DNA of 39,088 nt. It comes from a virus (taxonomy: Duplodnaviria; Caudoviricetes). Shown here piece by piece: positions 9,311-17,692 of the stretch. The notes below the pieces were generated by a model. It saw nothing but the letters and a program-made list of their open reading frames with translations. It did no database searches and was not told the DNA's origin. The stretch lies in IMG/VR virus record IMGVR_UViG_3300030376_002948, positions 1-39,088 of that record; one strand, 5' to 3'. Position numbers and translations under genes: made by a program. Within the stretch, counting starts at the first letter, position 1, and each line of letters starts with the position of its first letter.

Positions 9311-10706
9311 ATGACAACTTATACTACATATGACCAAGTTGGATTGGCTGAAGATGTAAGTGATATTATCACTGACATTGGTAATGGTGTCCTTGTCGGG
9401 TAACCGACATGACAAACTGTGTGAATTCAGGGAACATCTCTAGCAGACAATCCTGAGCGAAGCCCCGGTATCTCCGGGGAACGTGCAACGACTATCCCAT
9501 TGGGAGTAGAGCCAAGCGGCTCGAAGCGCACAGCCCCTCATGACGAGGGTGAAGATATAGTCTCGTCCTGTAGGCGACTACAGGCTGGCAAATGATTGCC
9601 GGGCAGAGCCTAGCGAACTCTGTTGAAGAAACGCACACCAACCGACACTCCATTCAGCACTATGATTGGTTCAGAAACCTGTTCCGCTCGTGTGTTTGAA
9701 TTCCTTGAAGATAGCCTTGCCGCCGCCGCAGATAACAAAGCGGTTGAGGGTGCAGACCCAAGCATGGCTACTCTTTCTAACGCAACGTCCAGAACGAACA
9801 ACACCCAAATTCTGACTAAAGCGTTTCAAGTGTCCAAAACTGCTGACGCCGTTAAGACTTACGGCAGGGCAAAAGAAACTGCGTACCAATTAGGTAAAGC
9901 ACTTAAAGAAATTAAGCGTGACCTAGAACGTGCGTACATCGGTATAGACAACGCCGCTGTCACAGGTTCAAGTTCTGTGGCAAGAGAAATGGCAAGCGTC
10001 TCGACCCAAATATCGACAACCGTCGATGCCGGGTCAAATGCCACCGATGCCCTTACCGAAGCCAAACTACTTGAGCTGGGTGAAGACTGTTATGGTAACG
10101 GTTCTGACCCAAGCGTACTCATGATTAAACCGGGCGATGCTCAAATCGTTGCTGGTTTTGCCGCCTCATCAGGTCGCAATCGTGAGTTTGCTCAAACTCG
10201 TGAGCTGGTCAATGTGATTGACCTGTACGTTAACTAAACAAATCGGCATAGCGTACATTAAACCCTGTGAATTCAGGGGAAGCCTAAGTCCTTATGGATA
10301 TGGTAATCCTGAGCCAAGCCTTGCTTATGCAAGGAAGGTGCAACGACTATCCTTTTATGGAGTACACCCCGAGTGGGGTGGAAGCGCAGGGGTCTGCAAT
10401 AGCAGACATGATATAGTCTCATCTCATATCGAAAGTATGAGCGTTTTTTAACGACTTTGGTCTAACGAACCAAGGTAAAGATTTTGTTCGCCGTACGGAG
10501 AGTACAGCATTGTACTCAATCGTCACCAGCTTACGACACACGCATTTTTGATTGACCCAGCCATGTTTAAGGCAGTTGTGTTGCGTCCGTTTACACGCAC
10601 ACTTCTCGCTCAAACAGGTGACAGTGACAAACACTTTATCAGCTACGAAGGTTCAGTGAAACACATGAACTTTTCTGACAGTGGAATGATTACTGGTCTG
10701 TCATAA
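9311..10706 (+). CDS. Major capsid protein (SU10/DUF5309-like), spliced: join(9311..9378,9634..10230,10487..10706), 294 aa
   Basis: Exons of 68+597+220=885 nt give an open frame: MTTYTTYDQVGLAEDVSDIITDI-TPTDTPFSTMIG...LKEIKRDLE...VIDLYV-SPYGEYSIVLNRHQ...LRPF...GDSDK...GMITGLS*. AAGG SD upstream; position after scaffold. Confidence 0.92.
9379..9633 (+). mobile_element. Group I intron 1 (255 nt, no ORF, IA-like with P7.1/P7.2)
   Basis: P1: exon gacaU pairs with Gugtc (U-G at the 5' splice site). P3 ctgtgtg 9417-23/cgcacag 9527-33; P gaattcagggaa; Q aatcctgagc; R gtgcaacgactat; S aagatatagtc; P7 gactat 9490-95/atagtc 9557-62; terminal G 9633. Confidence 0.93.
10231..10486 (+). mobile_element. 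Group I intron 2 (256 nt, no ORF, IA-like with P7.1/P7.2)
   Basis: P1: exon tgtacgU pairs with Gcgtaca. P3 ccctgtg 10263-69/cgcaggg 10385-91; gaattcagggga; aatcctgagc; gtgcaacgactat; P7 gactat 10345-50/atagtc 10413-18; terminal G 10486. Confidence 0.93.
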
Positions 10707-10712
10707 GCCAAT

Positions 10713-10788
10713 GGAGTGGGGGAGCAGATAGGGTTCTGCTCTCCTTACCTGTCTCGCACCCCCACGCCTTTACTAAATAAGGAAAGCA
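10713..10788 (+). promoter_or_regulatory. Hairpin/pseudoknot after the capsid gene whose loop is complementary to the next RBS
   Basis: Stems 10713-22/10759-68 and 10726-32/10748-54. Loop TGCTCTCCTTA (10737-47) pairs 10/11 with TAAGGAAAGCA (10778-88). Confidence 0.6.
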
Positions 10789-11094
10789 ATGACTGATAAA
10801 ATTACTAAGTTTTACGACGTACAGACTGACTACATTCAGGATGGTGACAATCTGCAACGTAAGACTACACAACACTTACCGGACAAGTTTCTGAAAGACT
10901 TGCGCCAGACTTACGAAGACAGTCTTGACCAACGAGAAGGCGAATTCATGAAAGTTGCCTCTATCCCAGTTGCTGTCGCAGACAAGTGGATGCGTGAAGG
11001 CTTCAACATCTATCATGCATCAGGTAAAGAAATTCTTAAAAGATTAAGAGCTGAAAACCTAGACGCATTTATTACCACCAAAAAGTCTATCTAA
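10789..11094 (+). CDS. Conserved hypothetical head-module protein
   Basis: AAGGA SD; 101-aa ORF directly after the capsid gene. Confidence 0.75.
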   Translation: MTDKITKFYDVQTDYIQDGDNLQRKTTQHLPDKFLKDLRQTYEDSLDQREGEFMKVASIPVAVADKWMREGFNIYHASGKEILKRLRAENLDAFITTKKSI

Positions 11095-11339
11095 TGCCCA
11101 CAGCTAAAAAGTTCTCGAAGACAGTTCGTAATCCCAAGACAGGTCGTAAGAAGACTGTTCGTTATGGAGCTAAAGGTTACAGCATAGCTCCCGGTACAAA
11201 AAGAGGCGACAGCTATTGCGCTCGAAGTCTTGGTATCAAGAAGCGTCTTTCTAAGAAGAAGCAGAACGACCCAAACAGTCCTAACAACCTATCACGCCGC
11301 AAGTGGAAATGTAGCGGTGCTAAATCACGGAGAAAATGA
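11094..11339 (+). CDS. Small basic hypothetical protein
   Basis: Translationally coupled (TAATG); Lys/Arg-rich with SYCARS...RKWKC motif. Confidence 0.7.
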   Translation: MPTAKKFSKTVRNPKTGRKKTVRYGAKGYSIAPGTKRGDSYCARSLGIKKRLSKKKQNDPNSPNNLSRRKWKCSGAKSRRK

Positions 11340-11461
11340 TGCCAAACGTCAGAGGTAAGAAATTCCCTTACACCAAAAAAGGAATATCAGACGCTAAGAA
11401 ATCCCTAAGTAAAAAGGATAAAAAGCGTGTGATGACTAAGAAGAAACTTCGTAGGGGCTAA
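11336..11461 (+). CDS. Small basic protein, 41 aa (MMPNVRGKKFPYTKKG...), not in the ORF track
   Basis: ATGA overlap with the previous stop, GGAG SD, stop 2 nt before the next gene. Confidence 0.65.
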   Translation: MMPNVRGKKFPYTKKGISDAKKSLSKKDKKRVMTKKKLRRG

Positions 11462-11463
11462 CA

Positions 11464-12081
11464 GTGAATTACGGAGACCTGAAAACACACTTTAACAACG
11501 TCCTTAACAGGTCAGACATAACCACAAGCTTAACGACTACATTTATTGACCAGGGCATTGCTCGTATTCAACGTCAGCTCCGCACTCCCATGCAAGAGAA
11601 ACTGACAACTTACACAATCAGCTCACAAACAGCATTCGTAGAACTACCTAATGACTTCATAGAAATCATCAGTCTCTATTTTGACAACACTGAGATTAGT
11701 CGCATACCAATGTCTCGCTTCAGAGCATTAAATAAGAATACCTATGCAGGTACACCTCAGAGCTTCACCCGACAACAAGAGAAGCTCTTCTTGTATCCTC
11801 AGCCTTCCAGTGGCGAAGTCATTTTGTATTACTACGGCGAGTTCCCGGCGTTGTCCTCAGACACAGCTGAGAATGCTCTAACCAAAGTTGCTCCTGACCT
11901 AATTATCTACAGCGCATTGACTTATGCTTCAGATTATTATCTCGACGAGAGAGCCGCACAGTTCGAGCAAAAGTATCAAGGCTTCATGCTGGAGCTACAA
12001 GAGCAAGCAAATGACCAAGAAGTCAATGGCGGTACTCAGGTAATTCAACCGAGTGCCAGATACACCAGCTCGGGGGTATAA
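11464..12081 (+). CDS. Head-tail adaptor / tail tubular protein
   Basis: MNYGDLK...FIDQG...LPNDF...LYPQP...PDLIIY pattern of podovirus adaptors; located between capsid and fibre genes. Confidence 0.75.
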   Translation: MNYGDLKTHFNNVLNRSDITTSLTTTFIDQGIARIQRQLRTPMQEKLTTYTISSQTAFVELPNDFIEIISLYFDNTEISRIPMSRFRALNKNTYAGTPQSFTRQQEKLFLYPQPSSGEVILYYYGEFPALSSDTAENALTKVAPDLIIYSALTYASDYYLDERAAQFEQKYQGFMLELQEQANDQEVNGGTQVIQPSARYTSSGV

Positions 12082-14915
12082 TGTCAAAGACAAGTTTCTT
12101 TAAACAGTCCGGCACAAATAATGTCGGCACATCCGGCAATGACGCAACCGACCCAACTGAGATTGCAGACAGCGCATCCGATAGCTCGTTCTTTAAACAG
12201 AATGGTGTGAACTCAGAGGTCAACTCAAACTTAACACAGAGAGCAACAGATGCAGAAACAGCAAAGACTGCCGCTGAAGCGGCTCAAGCTAGTGCAGAGA
12301 CTGCGGCTACGAATGCGGCGGCTAGTGAAACTTCGGCACAATCGTCAGCTAACAATGCTTCAACCTCATCCTCTACAGCGTCTACGTCAGCTACCACGGC
12401 GACAACTAAAGCTAGTGAAGCGTCTGCATCTGCAAGTAATGCATCCTCGTCAGCTTCTGCGGCGGCTACGTCAGCTAGTAATGCGAGTACAAGTGAGACT
12501 AATTCGGCGACCAGTGCAACTTCAGCTTCCACTGCGGCTACCTCAGCGCAAACAGCACAAACAGCCGCCGAGGCTGCAAAGACTGCCGCAGAAACAGCAA
12601 AGACTGCGGCTGAGACAGCAAAGACTTCAGCAGAGACCGCTGAGACTAACTCGACTTCAGCGGCAACAAGTTCTTCAAATAGTGCGGCAACAGCGACGAC
12701 GCAAGCTTCAACTGCAACGACAAAGGCAGGTGAGGCGGCTACGTCAGCTACCAATGCGGCTACTTCAGCAGTTAACGCATCCACATCAGCTGCTGCTTCA
12801 AGTAACTCCGCATCGTCTGCGGCTTCAGCCCAAACAGCGGCAGAAGCGGCAAGGGACAGTGCGCTAACAGCTTTTGATAACTTTAATGATAGATACCTCG
12901 GCAGTAAGACATCCGACCCGACTGTAGACAACGACGGTAACGCTTTAGTTGGGGGCGCATTATACTTTGATAGTACCAACGGCATAGTGAAGGTCTACAC
13001 AGGTTCGGCGTGGGTTGCCGCCTACGCATCTACAGCTGGTACTTTGCTCGTAGCTAATAACCTTAGTGACGTTCAGTCTGCCGCAACCTCAAGGACAAAC
13101 TTAGGTCTATCCACAGTTGCCGCAACAGGTGCATACTCAGACCTGACTGGCAAGCCCTCGCTATTCGACGGAGCTTTTAGTTCCCTGTCGGGCAAGCCGA
13201 CAACAATATCAGGTTATGGCATAACGGATGCTTTTGATGGAGCTTTCAGTTCTCTGTCGGGCAAGCCTACGACTATCAGCGGTTATGGCATCACGGATAG
13301 TTTTAGTGGCGCATATAATGACCTGACCGGAAAGCCCACACTATTCGATGGAGCTTTCAGTAGTTTGTCAGGCAAACCAACTACGATTGCCGGGTATGGT
13401 ATAACGGATAGCTTACAACTCGGTACATCAGCGACGACAGCCTTAGCAGGTAACACCTCAATACCGTCAACCTTAACTGATTTAGGGATTTCTGACGGTT
13501 CAGTTAACCAAGTCTTGTCAACTAATGGGTCTGGTACGTTTACTTTCGTTAACCAATCTGCTGGTGGAGGTGGAGCTACTCAGGATGCCGATGGCGACAC
13601 CAAAATTCAGGTTGAAGAAACCACTGACGACGACACTATCCGTTTCGATACGGCTGGTAGTGAGAGGGCTATTATTGCGTCTGGTGGTGGAGTAGGTATT
13701 GCAACTACTGACTTAGGAACTGAAACTCTTACTATAAATAAGCTTTCCGGAAACACTTATGGGTCAATACAGCTAAGACGCTCAGACACTGTCAATACAA
13801 ACCAAGGCGGTATTCTGACGTTTGCTCAAAAAGACGATGCAAGTACTTCATGGTTGGGTATGGCTGGTTGGGATAATGGAACAGACCGAACGGTTTATCT
13901 TGGTGGTGGGGGCTGGGGCGAACAAGAAGCCACAGCAATAGTTCTTTATACAGGTTCTTACGATGCTGGCAGTGGTGGTGCGAGTGAAGCGGCTAGATTT
14001 AGTAGTACCTTTAATACATTCAGCAGGTCTACAACATTTGGCACTAGTACCAATATTTCAGACACTCACCAAATAGCTTTGTATAGAAGCGCAAACCCAT
14101 ATATTGCTTTTTACTCAGGCTCAACTACTTCCCGTGGTGGATACTTGCAGTATAAATCGGATTACTTTCTCTTTGGCGAAGTAAGCTATTCGCAATCTGC
14201 CGGAAGTTTTCGTGCGCCAATCTTTTACGACAGCGACAACACATCTTACTATACCAATGCGGGTGGTACTTCGTACATGGAGTACATAGGCCGCAGGTCA
14301 CATCATCGTGGTCATTTTGTTGGTGGTTATAATAACATTGGTTCTAATCAAACTAATTCAAACCCGATATATACAATTGGCTCTAGCTACAACCCAAACT
14401 CAACTACATTGGGTAACATGTATGGCATTGGCTTCTGTAAAAACAATGCGTCATTTATAAGTTTGTCAGGTGAAGGTACTGGATGGGGTTTGTATGTTGC
14501 CGCAGATGGCGATGCAAGAGTATGGATGAATGGGTCAACTGGAAGTTATTCGGGAACTGGAAACATCACGGCGTATGCTTCGGACAGACGATTAAAGACT
14601 AACATCAAGCCTATCGAAAACGCATTAGACAAACTGAATAAAATAAACGGAGTGACTTACGATTGGGTTGACGACATTACATCTGAGTATGGTTTTCACC
14701 CACAGTGCATGTCAGAGCATGGAGTAGTGGCGCAGGAAATCGCAGAAGTTCTGCCGGACGCAGTCGTAACTGCCCCATTCAATGGCTCTTACACAGAGAA
14801 GTGTGGAACAGACCACGACTTCAAAACTGTTCACAAAGAGAAGATTATTCCACTGCTTATCGAAGCTATCAAAGAACTCCAACAAGAAGTCAAAGAACTC
14901 AAAGGTGAAGCATGA
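12081..14915 (+). CDS. Tail fibre with C-terminal intramolecular chaperone (peptidase S74-like)
   Basis: Ala/Ser/Thr low-complexity shaft, NNLSDV..RTNLGL, 3x GYGITD repeats, YASDRRLKTNI autocleavage motif, terminal LIEAIKEL coiled coil. Confidence 0.88.
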   Translation: MSKTSFFKQSGTNNVGTSGNDATDPTEIADSASDSSFFKQNGVNSEVNSNLTQRATDAETAKTAAEAAQASAETAATNAAASETSAQSSANNASTSSSTASTSATTATTKASEASASASNASSSASAAATSASNASTSETNSATSATSASTAATSAQTAQTAAEAAKTAAETAKTAAETAKTSAETAETNSTSAATSSSNSAATATTQASTATTKAGEAATSATNAATSAVNASTSAAASSNSASSAASAQTAAEAARDSALTAFDNFNDRYLGSKTSDPTVDNDGNALVGGALYFDSTNGIVKVYTGSAWVAAYASTAGTLLVANNLSDVQSAATSRTNLGLSTVAATGAYSDLTGKPSLFDGAFSSLSGKPTTISGYGITDAFDGAFSSLSGKPTTISGYGITDSFSGAYNDLTGKPTLFDGAFSSLSGKPTTIAGYGITDSLQLGTSATTALAGNTSIPSTLTDLGISDGSVNQVLSTNGSGTFTFVNQSAGGGGATQDADGDTKIQVEETTDDDTIRFDTAGSERAIIASGGGVGIATTDLGTETLTINKLSGNTYGSIQLRRSDTVNTNQGGILTFAQKDDASTSWLGMAGWDNGTDRTVYLGGGGWGEQEATAIVLYTGSYDAGSGGASEAARFSSTFNTFSRSTTFGTSTNISDTHQIALYRSANPYIAFYSGSTTSRGGYLQYKSDYFLFGEVSYSQSAGSFRAPIFYDSDNTSYYTNAGGTSYMEYIGRRSHHRGHFVGGYNNIGSNQTNSNPIYTIGSSYNPNSTTLGNMYGIGFCKNNASFISLSGEGTGWGLYVAADGDARVWMNGSTGSYSGTGNITAYASDRRLKTNIKPIENALDKLNKINGVTYDWVDDITSEYGFHPQCMSEHGVVAQEIAEVLPDAVVTAPFNGSYTEKCGTDHDFKTVHKEKIIPLLIEAIKELQQEVKELKGEA
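13129..13411 (+). repeat. Imperfect coding tandem repeats in the tail fibre
   Basis: FDGAFSSLSGKPTTI(S/A)GYGITD occurs 3 times and GAY(S/N)DLTGKP twice. Confidence 0.85.
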
Positions 14916-15313
14916 GTGAAGTAGAAGATTTAGCTGATGGAGTATTCGCTGACCAAGACGAACTCGATGCATCTACCGATTGGTCACACCTCACTTTCAC
15001 TTGGTCTGTAACCGAATTGAAAACGTCAGCCAGTGGTGGTCACAGTCGAGCGGTTACACAAGTTTACTGGAGCAAGACAGGAACAGATAGCGAGGGGCGC
15101 AGTGGCGTATTCCGTGGTGCAACTCCGCTTTCTGCTGAAGGTGTTAGTGAAGCTGATTTCATAGACTTTGCGTCTTTACCGGAAGCAAACATCATTGGAT
15201 GGATTAAGACTGCGATTGCCGGAGACACTCATCCGAATGAGCGCATACAAATCCAGATTAGTGAAAGTTCTAATCCGGTGACGGATGAAGATTTACCTTG
15301 GGGGACTGACTGA
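14912..15313 (+). CDS. Tail-fibre-associated protein
   Basis: ATGA coupling to the fibre gene; TWSV...FIDFASL...IIGWIK...LPW pattern common downstream of marine phage fibres. Confidence 0.65.
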   Translation: MSEVEDLADGVFADQDELDASTDWSHLTFTWSVTELKTSASGGHSRAVTQVYWSKTGTDSEGRSGVFRGATPLSAEGVSEADFIDFASLPEANIIGWIKTAIAGDTHPNERIQIQISESSNPVTDEDLPWGTD

Positions 15314-15525
15314 TGGCACTACAAAGCTCAGGCGCAATAAGTATGTCGGACATAGCCGCAGAAATGGGCGGTAACCAGCCCCATTCCATATCGGAATATT
15401 ATCGTGGGGCCGGCCTAACCCAATCGGGCTTTTATGTAAAAGGTTCATTCGTAGCACTGAATACAGGTGTACCTACCTCTGGGACTATTTCCTTCTCAGA
15501 TTTCTATGGGGCAGATAATCTATAA
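15313..15525 (+). CDS. Small tail-tip/fibre-associated protein
   Basis: MALQSSGAISMSDI...SISEYY...SGTISFSDFYG motif typical of fibre-tip proteins; coupled start. Confidence 0.65.
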   Translation: MALQSSGAISMSDIAAEMGGNQPHSISEYYRGAGLTQSGFYVKGSFVALNTGVPTSGTISFSDFYGADNL

Positions 15526-16028
15526 TGGAAGCACGTTCAGTTAACAGTTACACAGAAGAACAACTGGACGCACTCTGGTCTGACTGCTCTTCACAAATCG
15601 TAGGCGGTACAATGCCTCACGATAACCACGACCATTGTAAATCTGAAGTCTTCAGTAGTATGAACCGACAACCAATTAAGATGGCTGTATCTGACGATGA
15701 CAATAAAGACATCAGTTATCTGACAGGTTACAAAACGGATGACGACCACTTTTATGTGGTGTCCGGCTTGCATGGTAATGACACTAGTGGTTCTAAAGGT
15801 TGGCTATACACGACACAATACTGGTCAACTATTCGCCAGTGGGTCGTCGATAATAATATGACAGCTTATTCAGGTGAGATGCTGAAAGATGAAAGTGCAT
15901 ACAACCACCTTATAAAGATTTCGGACTTGGGTGTTTACCCTAACGCAACTTTTAGCACCAGCAACATCCAGGAAATTAAATCTTTAGGATTTACGACTGT
16001 AGATATTTGTTTTCTTCACAACAATTAA
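15525..16028 (+). CDS. Hypothetical protein
   Basis: TAATG coupling; 167-aa ORF; no recognised motif. Confidence 0.7.
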   Translation: MEARSVNSYTEEQLDALWSDCSSQIVGGTMPHDNHDHCKSEVFSSMNRQPIKMAVSDDDNKDISYLTGYKTDDDHFYVVSGLHGNDTSGSKGWLYTTQYWSTIRQWVVDNNMTAYSGEMLKDESAYNHLIKISDLGVYPNATFSTSNIQEIKSLGFTTVDICFLHNN

Positions 16029-16040
16029 AGGTAATTAAAG

Positions 16041-16268
16041 ATGGACATAACGACACTGATTGACGTGTTAGTTGGTGTCGTACTGACCGGGTCGGCGTAC
16101 TTTATCGTCAGCCTACAAAAAGAGGTCAAGCGCATCGACATATTACTTAACCGAACACGAGAGGATTATGCGACCAAGTTTCAGGTGCGTGATGATATTG
16201 ATAGGGTAATGGAAGCTTTGCATAGAGTAGAAGACAAGCTTGACCGGGTGTTGACTGAGAAGAATTAG
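16041..16268 (+). CDS. Small membrane-anchored protein (lysis module)
   Basis: AAGG SD; N-terminal TM helix followed by a coiled coil. Confidence 0.7.
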   Translation: MDITTLIDVLVGVVLTGSAYFIVSLQKEVKRIDILLNRTREDYATKFQVRDDIDRVMEALHRVEDKLDRVLTEKN

Positions 16269-16702
16269 TGATAGACCCGGTCTCTATAACAGCTGCCTAC
16301 ACGGCTGTGAAGAAGGGGATTGAGGTAGGTAAAGACATAACCCAACTCATGTCTGAGATTGGTTCTCTATGGACAGCCATTGAAGAAGTTGAGACAGGTT
16401 ACCGTAAAGAAAAACAGAAGAAACAATCTGTCGAAGAAGAAGCTCTAGACCTGTTTGCCGCAAAGTGTGCAGCCAAGGATGCCGAAGAAAACCTCCGCAA
16501 TATTGTTATAGCCACCCGAGGTTTCAACGCATGGAATGACATGATGCGTATGCGTGTCGATTTACGAAAGAAGCGAAAAGCACTTGCGGCACAAAAAGCA
16601 CAAGAGAAGAAAGAATTATTAGAAACCATAATGATTATTGGAGCTGTTCTCGGAGCATCCATAATTATTTTAGTAACAGTATATTTGTTCACAAGGGGAT
16701 GA
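16268..16702 (+). CDS. Hypothetical protein with C-terminal TM helix
   Basis: MIDPVS start, coiled coil, hydrophobic C-terminus. Confidence 0.7.
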   Translation: MIDPVSITAAYTAVKKGIEVGKDITQLMSEIGSLWTAIEEVETGYRKEKQKKQSVEEEALDLFAAKCAAKDAEENLRNIVIATRGFNAWNDMMRMRVDLRKKRKALAAQKAQEKKELLETIMIIGAVLGASIIILVTVYLFTRG

Positions 16703-17121
16703 TTATAATGAACTATGAGCGCATCAAGAAACAGCTCATCGAACACGAAGGTTTGAAGCTAGAGCCATACAGATGCACAGCAGGTAAGTTAACGATTGGT
16801 GTCGGTCATAATCTTGACGACAAACCTATAAGTCGTGACGTTGCTATGTTGATGCTTCAGGATGACATAGACGACTGCATACAAGATTTACAGAAAAACA
16901 TCATGTGTTTTGATGCGTTGCCCCCACACGTTAAAGAGGCATTGATAAACTTATGTTTTAACATGGGCATCAATCGTCTGCTTCAGTTCAAAAAGACACT
17001 TAGTTATATAAGTACTCAGGACTACAACAAAGCCGCCGAAGAATTACTGGATAGTCGTTATGCGGCACAGGTCGGCAAAAGAGCCGTGGATGTGAGCAAC
17101 ATGATTAGAGGTAATAAATAA
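16699..17121 (+). CDS. Endolysin, GH24 (T4-type) lysozyme; start may be ATG 16708
   Basis: HEGLKLEPYRCTAGKLTIGVGHNL catalytic E-x8-C-x5-T pattern; FNMG; SRYAAQVGKRA. Confidence 0.92.
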   Translation: MIIMNYERIKKQLIEHEGLKLEPYRCTAGKLTIGVGHNLDDKPISRDVAMLMLQDDIDDCIQDLQKNIMCFDALPPHVKEALINLCFNMGINRLLQFKKTLSYISTQDYNKAAEELLDSRYAAQVGKRAVDVSNMIRGNK

Positions 17122-17516
17122 TGTTACAGTCTTTCATTGCTCCCATAGCTAACCTTGCCGGAACATTCATTAAAAACAGAGCTGAGAAGTCTTTGGCAAA
17201 GCATAAGCTTGAGCTGAATGTTCTGGAGAACAAGGCGAGGCTTGCACTTGCTGAACACGAAGCCAACTCAGATTGGGAGATGGCGCAGCTACAAGACAAA
17301 GATAAAATCTTACGTTGGTTCAGCTACACGATGTTCACCGCACCCATCGTAATTACTGTCGTCAATCCTGATTGGGGCAGACGTATATTTGAGAACCTTG
17401 AGTATGCACCTAGCTGGGTTGTCGAGGTTTGGATTGCGATGAATGGAGCTGTCTGGGGACTGTCTAGTCTCAAGAATGTTGTGCCTTCCGTCGTCGGCAG
17501 CATCCGTAAGAAGTAA
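17121..17516 (+). CDS. Putative holin
   Basis: Follows the endolysin; amphipathic N-terminus, two hydrophobic segments, basic C-terminal tail. Confidence 0.65.
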   Translation: MLQSFIAPIANLAGTFIKNRAEKSLAKHKLELNVLENKARLALAEHEANSDWEMAQLQDKDKILRWFSYTMFTAPIVITVVNPDWGRRIFENLEYAPSWVVEVWIAMNGAVWGLSSLKNVVPSVVGSIRKK

Positions 17517-17517
17517 T

Positions 17518-17552
17518 AAAAAAAACACTGGTTTAACCAATCGGTGTTTTTT
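17518..17552 (+). terminator. Intrinsic terminator ending the late operon
   Basis: aaaaaacactggtt / aatcggtgtttttt hairpin with A- and T-tracts, directly after the holin stop. Confidence 0.75.
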
Positions 17553-17570
17553 GTAAACGGATACTTGTAA

Positions 17571-17586
17571 TGTGACACAAATCACA
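17571..17586. promoter_or_regulatory. CRP-family box TGTGA-N6-TCACA
   Basis: TGTGA cacaaa TCACA exactly matches the CRP consensus; lies in the attP region. Confidence 0.4.
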
Positions 17587-17615
17587 CTACTAATAATGAC
17601 TGAGAGCTGACATCC

Positions 17616-17692
17616 GTAACCGTAGCTCAACTGGATAGAGCGACGGACTTCTAATCCGTAGGTTGCAGGTTCAAGTCCTGCCGGGGTCACCA
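17616..17692 (+). other. attP: tRNA-Arg(TCT)-derived sequence with mismatched acceptor stem
   Basis: D arm gctc/gagc, anticodon stem acgga/tccgt with TCT at 17650-52, T arm gcagg-ttcaagt-cctgc, CCA end. Acceptor 5' GTAACCG vs 3' CGGGGTC has 3 mismatches. Ends 49 nt before the integrase start. Confidence 0.8.

Noticed and set aside
9623-10237. 204-aa ORF as a stand-alone capsid protein or pseudogene
   Set aside because: It is exon 2 plus intron-derived ends. Splicing restores a full-length capsid, so neither frameshifting nor decay is needed to explain it.
10218-10451. 77-aa ORF within intron 2 as a homing endonuclease
   Set aside because: It has no nuclease motif and is a chance translation of the ribozyme core.
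12250-12985. Long alternative-frame and antisense ORFs (205 aa and 233 aa) in the tail fibre
   Set aside because: They are shadows of GCN/ACN/TCN-rich low-complexity coding sequence.
13129-13411. Repeats as a CRISPR array or DGR template/variable repeats
   Set aside because: They are in-frame protein repeats with mostly synonymous divergence; there are no unique spacers and no reverse transcriptase in the genome.
17616-17692. Functional phage-encoded tRNA-Arg
   Set aside because: Three of seven acceptor pairs are mismatched, and its position next to int fits attP better.
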